The translations under genes and the position numbers were made by a program. Shown here in pieces: positions 56,708 through 64,000 of a stretch of 64,000 nt of DNA. The stretch covers positions 644,727 through 708,726 of the forward strand of contig JAGWFT010000001.1 in the NCBI GenBank assembly GCA_028867755.1, read 5' to 3'. This DNA is from Nitrososphaerota archaeon (GTDB lineage Archaea; Thermoproteota; Nitrososphaeria; Nitrososphaerales; Nitrosopumilaceae). The notes under the pieces were generated by a model. The model saw nothing but the letters and a program-made list of their open reading frames with translations, ran no database searches and was not told the DNA's origin. The first letter of the stretch is position 1; every line of letters begins with the position of its first letter.

Positions 56708-57097
56708 ATGAAAATGATAGAGCTTGCATTTCTTGCTGCTGGTGGGCTGGGAGGAACTTTTCTAAGATATGGTATTACAAAGTCTCCCTTACTTCTTGGC
56801 GCATTGCCTCTAAATGTATTAATTGCAAATGTTGTAGGAAGTTTCATTCTTGGTATTTTTGCTGTACTTTCACAACAGTGGAATCTTGATGAAAAGTATA
56901 CGTTATTGATGGCAATTGGATTCTGTGGAGGATTGACTACAATGTCCTCATTTGCATTAGAGTCATCCAATCTGATTGATAATAAGCAATATGTCCTTGT
57001 AGCAGTAAATGTACTAACTAATGTTGGTTTGTCATTAGGAGCAATATTTTGTGGTAAATCTCTAGTAAGCGCAATTCTAGGTGCTGAATTTAAATGA
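56708..57097 (+). CDS. crcB: Fluoride channel Fluc/CrcB
   Basis: GGLGGTFLRY, LIANVVGSF, GFCGGLTTMSSF. Confidence 0.95.
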   Translation: MKMIELAFLAAGGLGGTFLRYGITKSPLLLGALPLNVLIANVVGSFILGIFAVLSQQWNLDEKYTLLMAIGFCGGLTTMSSFALESSNLIDNKQYVLVAVNVLTNVGLSLGAIFCGKSLVSAILGAEFK

Positions 57098-57408
57098 GAA
57101 CTATGAAGATGTGGTCGCTTGTAATTAGGATAAAGAAAAATGATAATGCCAAGGGAAAACGTGTGCATGTTCTAGTGCTAGACATACTAAAGAAAGGACA
57201 AATCTCTGGTGCTACTGTGTGGACAGGAGTTGAGGGATATGGCAAGAGAGGAAAGTCTAATGTCATGATAGAAGGTTTTTCAGTTAACATGCCTATGGTA
57301 ATTGAGGTAATTGATGAATTGTCAAAACTAGAAAAGATACTTCCAGAGGTAAAGGAGTTAATTGGTGATAATGGGCTGATTACATTACATGAAGTTGGAG
57401 TAGTATGA
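57094..57408 (+). CDS. DUF190 family protein
   Basis: GATVWTGVEGYG...PMVIEVID; typical crcB partner; ATGA overlap. Confidence 0.92.
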   Translation: MRTMKMWSLVIRIKKNDNAKGKRVHVLVLDILKKGQISGATVWTGVEGYGKRGKSNVMIEGFSVNMPMVIEVIDELSKLEKILPEVKELIGDNGLITLHEVGVV

Positions 57409-57491
57409 CTCAAGAAACAATCCAGATTTAGATTAAAGCTTGGAATGGTACTGTAAAAAGCATTTAAAACAGTTTAACTAACCTATAGACA

Positions 57492-58172
57492 TTGAATAGT
57501 TACCAGTGCCATCAGGTCCTAGGTCTACAGGATGGTGCATCGATGAAAGAGGTAAAGGCAGCATACCGAAACTTGGCACTCAAACATCATCCGGACAAGA
57601 ATAATACGGATCAGGATGGAAAGAAATTCAAGATAATATCTGAAGCTTATCAGACTCTCCGATCTGATTATAAGAAAAACATTGGTACAAGTTCAAACCA
57701 AGAAAATTATCAGGAAAAAAACTCAAACAAAAAATATGATTTTGGCTCAAAAAGACACTCATGGGGTGCAAGAGATTCTGACAAGACCCCGCAAGAAGAC
57801 TGGACTAGATATACAAAATATGCAGAAGGTGCTTACCAAAACTTTTGGAAACAATACGAGCAGGTATTCTGGGATTATTATGAAAAAGTAAAATCTGACA
57901 CAAAGACAGATTCAGAACCAATCCAAGTAGAGCAAGAAGTTCCAATATCCGTACGGGTTGACCCAGAAAGATGTATAGCTTGTTGCAGTTGTGAGACCAT
58001 AGCTCCAAAGGTGTTTCATGTGGAAAAAAATGTACGAGTAAACCCCAAATCCAAAGTCATAAACGAAGAAGGTGCAAAATCCCAGAAGATTCTTGATGCA
58101 GCACATACATGTCCTACAAAGGCAATCAGTGTAACGCACAAAGAAACACAACAAAGACTGTATCCATACTAA
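57492..58172 (+). CDS. DnaJ-ferredoxin fusion protein
   Basis: J-domain with HPD; CIACCSC...CPTKAI Fe-S motif. Confidence 0.92.
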   Translation: MNSYQCHQVLGLQDGASMKEVKAAYRNLALKHHPDKNNTDQDGKKFKIISEAYQTLRSDYKKNIGTSSNQENYQEKNSNKKYDFGSKRHSWGARDSDKTPQEDWTRYTKYAEGAYQNFWKQYEQVFWDYYEKVKSDTKTDSEPIQVEQEVPISVRVDPERCIACCSCETIAPKVFHVEKNVRVNPKSKVINEEGAKSQKILDAAHTCPTKAISVTHKETQQRLYPY

Positions 58173-59407
58173 AAAGTAAGTTCCAAGGCCAAGAAACGGT
58201 CTTTCCAATTAGGAATAATATATGCCACATTTACGATAATCTAGTGGATAAGAAGAAACTGTCTGCTGTTATGGAAGACACTAGGGAAATTCTCAGAGAA
58301 CACCCATTATGTGATAACTGCCTTGGCAGAATGTTTGCAGGAAAACTTGGTGTAGTGTCACACAAGAGAATTGGAAGCAAAATCAGAAATATGCTAAAGC
58401 AAAGACCGCCAAAAACATGTTATATTTGCAAAAACATGATGTCAAATCTTGATTCCACTTTGAAAAAAATGATTGAGATGGCAAAAGAATACCAATTTTC
58501 TACTTTTCTAATTGGTGCAATACTACAACCATCAATTCATGACCGTGATGATGTAATTCGCTCCAAGTTCAAGCTGCGTGGAATAACAAGCATAAAAAGC
58601 GATATAACAAGAGAGATGGGAAAATCATTTTCGCGAAAGACAAGGGCAAAGGTGGATTATCAAAATCCTGATTTAGTATTCACAATTGATTTCAAAAAAG
58701 AATATTATGAAATAAAGCCAAAGGCTATACTTCTACAGGCAAGATATACAAAAAATGTTCGAGGCTTGCCACAAAAACAAAAATCATGTGACCAATGTGA
58801 AGGGAAGGGATGCTTTGTTTGCAATTTTCATGGAATACGTGAGTTTGAAAGTGTAGAAGGAAAGATAGCAAAATTTCTGATTGAAAAGTTTGGTGCACAA
58901 CAGGCAAAGGTTACTTGGATTGGAAGTGAAGATGAGTCAAGCCTTGTAACGGGAAACGGAAGGCCATTTTTTGTAAAATTGGTTAACCCGCACAAGAGGG
59001 GAATACCTCTTTCAAAAAAGATTGACTTGGAAGGAATCTCAGTTCATGGTATGCGTACCATAACAAAAATCCCCTCAGATCCTGTAAGGTTCCGTACCAA
59101 TGTTTCTATGGAAATTGAAGCAGAAAACGAAATAATGCCTGATACACTAAAAGAACTAACAAGACTCAAGGGACGACACGTGGTTCTGTACGAAAATTCC
59201 GGCCGCAAACATAAGAAAACTATCTATAGCATAAAATTCAAAATAGAATCTGACAAGTCATTTAGAATCATGATGGAATCTGATGGGGGACTTCCGCTGA
59301 AACGATTTGTTGCTGGGCAAGAGGTAGAACCAAGCATATCTGAAATACTTGAAACAAATTGTATGTGCAAGTTGTTTGATTTTAACAAAATAACTGTCAC
59401 CAAATGA
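58109..59407 (+). CDS. pus10: tRNA pseudouridine synthase Pus10 (true start probably about 58250-58270)
   Basis: LCDNCLGR, THUMP-like region, RYTKNVRGLPQK, GSEDESSLVTGNGRPF. Confidence 0.85.
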   Translation: MSYKGNQCNAQRNTTKTVSILKSKFQGQETVFPIRNNICHIYDNLVDKKKLSAVMEDTREILREHPLCDNCLGRMFAGKLGVVSHKRIGSKIRNMLKQRPPKTCYICKNMMSNLDSTLKKMIEMAKEYQFSTFLIGAILQPSIHDRDDVIRSKFKLRGITSIKSDITREMGKSFSRKTRAKVDYQNPDLVFTIDFKKEYYEIKPKAILLQARYTKNVRGLPQKQKSCDQCEGKGCFVCNFHGIREFESVEGKIAKFLIEKFGAQQAKVTWIGSEDESSLVTGNGRPFFVKLVNPHKRGIPLSKKIDLEGISVHGMRTITKIPSDPVRFRTNVSMEIEAENEIMPDTLKELTRLKGRHVVLYENSGRKHKKTIYSIKFKIESDKSFRIMMESDGGLPLKRFVAGQEVEPSISEILETNCMCKLFDFNKITVTK

Positions 59408-59555
59408 ATTCTTGGTAAATTTTACTCAACTGTTTTCTTCTTCCTAGTACGATCTTGATATAATTGTATTAACACAGGAAAGGTCAATTTTCAAGTTTGA
59501 TGAGTCACGATTCAAAAAAATAACATTCAAGTAAACGATTACAAAACTATCCATA

Positions 59556-59945
59556 TTGAATTCTATCACAGAAACCTGTGTTGTATCAGTACCAAAAGAC
59601 AAGGTTTTCAAATTCTTATCTAGCGTTGAAAATCTGCCAAAATGGAGCACACAATTCGTACAAAAACTGATTACTACTGATGGCAAGTACAAGGCAGTAA
59701 CTCCAATAGGTGAAGTCTTCATAAGGTTTGAAACTAATCCAAATGCAGGACTGATTGATATCTATGCAGGGTTTACTGAACAGTACATGACACCTGCATA
59801 TCTAAGGATCATCTCTTTTTCAGAGAATTCTACCGGAGTAATGTTCACATTCTTTCAATGGGATGATACTGACGACATGACTTGGAAGATATTTTGTGAA
59901 TGGATAAAAATTGAGGTTGGAAATATTAAAAAATATTTTTCTTAA
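59556..59945 (+). CDS. SRPBCC-like protein
   Basis: VPKDKVFKFLSSVENLPKWS. Confidence 0.8.
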   Translation: MNSITETCVVSVPKDKVFKFLSSVENLPKWSTQFVQKLITTDGKYKAVTPIGEVFIRFETNPNAGLIDIYAGFTEQYMTPAYLRIISFSENSTGVMFTFFQWDDTDDMTWKIFCEWIKIEVGNIKKYFS

Positions 59946-60018
59946 ATGATCTAGATTTGAGAAGATCATCACACATAAATAAATATTCAGTACAATGTAC
60001 GGTACTTAGGTATGTTTA

Positions 60019-60483
60019 ATGATAACAATCTGTCCTGATTGCAAAAGACCATTGATTGAATTTGATGCTGGTTCAGAAAACTATCATTGTTCTAATCCAA
60101 ATTGCAGTTTTCAATATCTTGAATTGATGACAGGAAAACAACATAGGAAAGCTGTACAAACTGAAGAAATAGAAAACAACCCTCCAGTTAGTAACCTAGA
60201 TAAAAAACCAAAGCGAATTCTTGTTGGTCTTGCAATAGAGAGCACATTGCTTAACATGGGTCATTCTATATTTGATAAAGTGACTGCCAAGCTGAAATAT
60301 GATTATGATGCTACCGTATTTGACTGCCTTGATAATCCACAATATTTGAAAAAAATACTTGAGACAAATTTTGACAGTGATGTTAGATCTGTACTGATAA
60401 AATCAGTCAAAACTCTCTTGGGTGAATTTGCTTATTATGATTCTATAAGCGAATTTCTGGACAAGATAAACGGCAGAAATTAA
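60019..60483 (+). CDS. Zinc-ribbon protein with a thaumarchaeal output-type helical domain
   Basis: CPDC...HCSNPNC; LAIESTLLNMG...FDCLDNPQYLKKIL. Confidence 0.75.
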   Translation: MITICPDCKRPLIEFDAGSENYHCSNPNCSFQYLELMTGKQHRKAVQTEEIENNPPVSNLDKKPKRILVGLAIESTLLNMGHSIFDKVTAKLKYDYDATVFDCLDNPQYLKKILETNFDSDVRSVLIKSVKTLLGEFAYYDSISEFLDKINGRN

Positions 60484-60523
60484 TGTCCAAAATTGGGAAA
60501 CTAGATCATACGTTACCGTTTGT

Positions 60524-60835
60524 ATGGTACCGTACAAATTATTTTATACTAATTATTTCTCATTTGAGAAAGAAATGATGGTTGGAGATGAGTTTATTGA
60601 CGGTGTAATCTCCTCGCTAAAGCGAAATAGCAATCTAATTCTTAAATCAAAAACAGATAGCTCCGTTACCGACTTGATACCAACACTCTATGATATGACA
60701 AAAATAATGATGAAAATACAGTGTAATCTTGAGAAGATAGGTGAGCCCTCAATGCTTGAGGAATTTTCTAAAATAGAGTCCGCAATCATGAAAATGACTC
60801 TTGATATTGAATATCTGAGAAGAAAGGGTCACTGA
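60524..60835 (+). CDS. Hypothetical protein (probable start ATG 60574)
   Basis: Helical ORF. Confidence 0.6.
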   Translation: MVPYKLFYTNYFSFEKEMMVGDEFIDGVISSLKRNSNLILKSKTDSSVTDLIPTLYDMTKIMMKIQCNLEKIGEPSMLEEFSKIESAIMKMTLDIEYLRRKGH

Positions 60836-60942
60836 TCTGCACCTGCACTAATTTTTGCTCCTGTTTCCTCTCAAGAGGCAACTTTGGAAAAAATTTCTAT
60901 AAAAATTCTACCAAGAATTTATCAAAAACTCCGCATATCACT

Positions 60943-61098
60943 ATGATATTGCCTCGCAAGGAGTACAAGACAATTACTGTAAAGGAAGAAACATTTGTGA
61001 GATTTCTTAAAGCGATTCATGATGCAAAGAAAGCAAATCCAGAACTTGATAATAGCACCTTTCTTGACAAACTTCTTGATTCATACAAAAAGAAATGA
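60943..61098 (+). CDS. Small RHH/antitoxin-like protein (51 aa)
   Basis: Manual translation MILPRKEYKTITVKEETFVRFLKAIHDAKKANPELDNSTFLDKLLDSYKKK. Confidence 0.6.
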   Translation: MILPRKEYKTITVKEETFVRFLKAIHDAKKANPELDNSTFLDKLLDSYKKK

Positions 61099-61188
61099 CA
61101 AGTAAGCATGTTTTATGGTTCAGTTCTAGAAAGATCTGAGCAAACCGATGTCAAGGTTTTATTATAGTTGGACTTCAAGCTTTTTTGA

Positions 61189-61893
61189 TTGGATCCGCTG
61201 TTAAAGGTAAATCAGGCCCACAAAAATGGTATTCTGTCAGACAAGGTTTACTCTCTCATAATTGACAGATTTAGAGTCGTACTTGAGGGCATAGGCAGGG
61301 TAGAAAAGGCATCTGGGATTAATTTTCCACTTGCATATGTAGAGCCATCTATCGTAATCTCACAGCCTGGTGGCTCGTTTGACTATGGGATTCTCTTTGC
61401 AAGAACTCTTCCTGTAATTGTAAACGAGAAGGTTGAGATCATAATCCAAATCACTGCCCCGCTTGTTGCCTATGGGCTCAAAGGCACAATACATGCCATA
61501 CTTGCCCATGAATTTTTGCACTATCTTGAATTAATCAAAAGAATGTCCAACATGGGGATGGTATCAGATGAAATCTCAGGTAACCTCTTTGAGAGCATAT
61601 ATGCTGATACTACAAGACTGTTTGAACCTCGTGCCGTATTTAATGACAAAACCCTATTGCTACATATAACAAAGAAATTTCCAGAAGGGTTCCGGGATTA
61701 CAAACTTGAAGACAAAGTATTGAAAAACTGGATTCAAAAGAAATTGCCTACAATAAATATTGCACTTGATAGAAACATAGTCAAGATTCCGGCAGATGTG
61801 CTAGCAAAGATCAAAGTTGATACAATTTTGATTCAAAAATTAGATCAAATAGAACAAAAAGCTTCTAAACTGCGAAAGAAAAAACTGTATTGA
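61189..61893 (+). CDS. Hypothetical protein with HExxH motif
   Basis: IHAILAHEFLHY. Confidence 0.8.
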   Translation: MDPLLKVNQAHKNGILSDKVYSLIIDRFRVVLEGIGRVEKASGINFPLAYVEPSIVISQPGGSFDYGILFARTLPVIVNEKVEIIIQITAPLVAYGLKGTIHAILAHEFLHYLELIKRMSNMGMVSDEISGNLFESIYADTTRLFEPRAVFNDKTLLLHITKKFPEGFRDYKLEDKVLKNWIQKKLPTINIALDRNIVKIPADVLAKIKVDTILIQKLDQIEQKASKLRKKKLY

Positions 61894-62067
61894 TTATTTT
61901 GTAAATTCAGTATAACCGCATTTACCACAAGTTCGTCTGTCTTTGTGTTCTGACATGAAAACTCCCTTGCCACATCTTGAGCATTCTTTTTTTGCTTTTT
62001 CTGCTTTATCGCTCTTAATTTTGTAATACTTGTAAACCGAAGGACTTGATCCTTTCTTGCCTGCCAT
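61894..62067 (-). CDS. rps27ae: 30S ribosomal protein S27ae
   Basis: Manual translation ...[29 protein letters not shown]; follows rps24e. Confidence 0.95.
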   Translation of the reverse strand: MAGKKGSSPSVYKYYKIKSDKAEKAKKECSRCGKGVFMSEHKDRRTCGKCGYTEFTK

Positions 62068-62429
62068 TACTTTGTCTCTTCCTTCTTCTCTTCAACAGGC
62101 TTGGTTTCAGCTGGTGCAGCGGCCTCTGCCTCTTTTGCAGGTTCTGTCTTAGATTTCTCTAATCTTTTGAATATTGCTGCCTTGAGGTGTTCCTTTGCCA
62201 ATTTCTCATCTTCATAGACATAGAACGTACCTGAAAGTATTGGTCTGCCCGTCTCGTTTTTGAGATTTATTGGAATCACAATCTTTCCTTCAAGATTGAA
62301 TTGCTTTGATATCATTTCGACAGCTTCTAATCTCTTAAGTCTGCCTGCAAGTCCTTTGAATGTACATGTAATCTCTCTTCTTGAAAGTAGAGGGTTCTTT
62401 ACATCACGTGTGACTTCAATCATGGACAT
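62067..62429 (-). CDS. rps24e: 30S ribosomal protein S24e
   Basis: [10 protein letters not shown]...FYVYEDEK. Confidence 0.9.
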   Translation of the reverse strand: MSMIEVTRDVKNPLLSRREITCTFKGLAGRLKRLEAVEMISKQFNLEGKIVIPINLKNETGRPILSGTFYVYEDEKLAKEHLKAAIFKRLEKSKTEPAKEAEAAAPAETKPVEEKKEETK

Positions 62430-62512
62430 GTATTGTGAGTCCTTTTAATAGTTCATATAAATCTTAACGAGGAATAGCTAACAATTTTAAGAAATCAGAA
62501 TATCGATACAAT

Positions 62513-63073
62513 GTGGATCGTTTCATGATTCATCTTAAGAACTCTGGATATCTACCACATGATGCACCATTGTTGTTGAAAAAGGCAGATCAGTTGACAT
62601 CTGAATTCCATTCAATTATCAGAGACATGCGAGTTTCAAAAAAGTATTTAGAATTTGATGTATCTATTGCAAAAGAATATCTTAATTTGCTAGTTGAAAA
62701 ACTTGGTCCAATTGGAGATCTTGATCATGCAAGACACATTGTTGAAGAAGAGATGGAAAAAGAAGAGGCATTAGAGAATGCAAAATTTTATTTTAATAAC
62801 GAGCGATTCTGGGAATGCCACGAAGTTCTCGAAGGTGTATGGAAGAAAACATATGAAGGAGAAAAAGATCTTGTACAAGGAATTATTCTTACCGCTGCTG
62901 CATTTGTCCATTATCAAAAGAACGAAAATGAGATATGCCTTTCCATCATGAATCGTGCGATGGAAAAACTTGCAATCTCTACCGGAAAGTACCATGGTAT
63001 AGATGTTGATAAATTCAAGAAAAAGGTCTCTGATATGATAACCACTGGGAAGATTGATACTTTTGCTATCTGA
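62513..63073 (+). CDS. DUF309 family protein
   Basis: FNNERFWECHEVLEGVW...QGIILTAAAFVH. Confidence 0.9.
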   Translation: MDRFMIHLKNSGYLPHDAPLLLKKADQLTSEFHSIIRDMRVSKKYLEFDVSIAKEYLNLLVEKLGPIGDLDHARHIVEEEMEKEEALENAKFYFNNERFWECHEVLEGVWKKTYEGEKDLVQGIILTAAAFVHYQKNENEICLSIMNRAMEKLAISTGKYHGIDVDKFKKKVSDMITTGKIDTFAI

Positions 63074-64000
63074 TGAGGCTAATTGCAGTCTTGATAACGT
63101 CTGCACCAGCTAGTAGCCCTATCTTTCCTTTTTTGGCCTGCTCTTCAGTAAATCTTGTGGTTCCATCTTTTTTGACTGAATCACCTGATACTAGGACTGG
63201 AACAGGATCATCACTATGACTCTTGTTTATGCACGGAGTAGAGTGGTCTCCTGATATTACAACTGAGACCTTTGAGGTATCTATAGAATTTAAAAGAGTA
63301 CCAAAAAATCTAGAGTCTATCTCTTCTATGTTTTTCATTTTTCCAACTGCATCTCCATCGTGGCCAAACTCATCTGGACCCTTGATGTGTACATAAATGG
63401 CATTTTGTGTTTCCATTGCCTTTGCAGCAACTCTTGCCTTTTCCTCATAATCTGTGAGGCCTCCAGCATTAAATGTCTGCATCTTTAGTACATTTGCTAT
63501 ACCAATTTCAACTGGCATGTCAACTATACATGAAAACTTCATTTCATGTAACTGGTTTATTGGAATTACATCTGGGAGTCTATTTCCAGCATCACGCAAA
63601 AGTATGGCGTTTAGAAGTTTCTTACCTTGCGAATTGCGTCTCTTGTTTATCTCACTATTTTTCATGATAACAAGAGATTGATCTGTAAATTCATTTACAA
63701 GTAAGGCAGACAGTTTTGCTGCCGCAGATTCATTTAGCGGAAGTGATTTTTCAATCTTCATATAGTCTCCAACAGCTTTTGCAACTCCCATGCCATCTAT
63801 TCTTGCATATGCTGGGTCCGTATTGCTAATGTCTGGAGATAACTCACCATCGCATCTTATTCTTACTATGACTCTGTGCCCTATGGTTGGAGATACTACT
63901 ACAGATGCCTTTGGGTTTGAAAACTTGATCTTTTGTTCCAGTTCACGAGAAATAGCTACTGCATCCTCTCTCTCAATCTTCCTGCCAGCTCTCCTATCTG
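63066..64000 (-). CDS. apgM: 2,3-bisphosphoglycerate-independent phosphoglycerate mutase (archaeal), 5' part outside the window
   Basis: Frame open to the window edge (DRRAGR); HIKGPDEFGHDG, SGDHSTPC, HSDDPVP. Confidence 0.93.
   Translation of the reverse strand, partial: DRRAGRKIEREDAVAISRELEQKIKFSNPKASVVVSPTIGHRVIVRIRCDGELSPDISNTDPAYARIDGMGVAKAVGDYMKIEKSLPLNESAAAKLSALLVNEFTDQSLVIMKNSEINKRRNSQGKKLLNAILLRDAGNRLPDVIPINQLHEMKFSCIVDMPVEIGIANVLKMQTFNAGGLTDYEEKARVAAKAMETQNAIYVHIKGPDEFGHDGDAVGKMKNIEEIDSRFFGTLLNSIDTSKVSVVISGDHSTPCINKSHSDDPVPVLVSGDSVKKDGTTRFTEEQAKKGKIGLLAGADVIKTAISLIR

Noticed and set aside
60858-60880. GCTCCTGT and CCTCTCAAG matching pieces of tRNA-Glu(CTC), possible att site or tRNA relic
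   Set aside because: Matches are only 8-9 nt, not collinear with tRNA spacing, not the 3' end, and there is no integrase
487-63681. Many antisense or overlapping ORFs in the track (e.g. 14562-16676 series, 38397-38972, 47347-47883, 54511-54951)
   Set aside because: They are shadows of well-supported genes on the other strand or frame; the regular 228-bp ones simply mirror the HYR repeats

Overview
AT-rich archaeal chromosomal segment. Gene content (TFB, eIF5A, L10e/S8e/S24e/S27ae, EndA, intron-containing tRNAs, DnaJ-ferredoxin fusion, WIKNNAGWW surface repeats) points to an ammonia-oxidising Nitrososphaeria (thaumarchaeon); the genus cannot be fixed from sequence alone. It is mostly core genome: hemLC-cobA-hemD, ahbAB/sirC-hemA-hemB, sufBD-Rieske-sufS-sufU with sufC about 24 kb away, pgk, ssb, scpAB, srp19/srp54, cbtBA, crcB, pus10, 4 tRNAs, and a large NHL/HYR/RTX surface protein. 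There is one degraded DDE transposase remnant with a HEPN-like neighbour. Reading the intergenic DNA gave the main unannotated signals. (1) A fluoride (crcB) riboswitch with its own TATA box and an extra hairpin. A competing stem hides an SD-like sequence in front of a 45-codon leader ORF whose stop overlaps the crcB start. (2) A TTAG-N6-CTAA operator shared by the separated sufC and sufBDSU promoters. (3) Two box C/D guide sRNAs. (4) A 47-aa metallothionein-like ORF. (5) A phased palindrome array at an Lrp gene. (6) About ten small, mostly Cys/His-rich ORFs missing from the ORF track. All family assignments come from motif recognition; no database searches were run.
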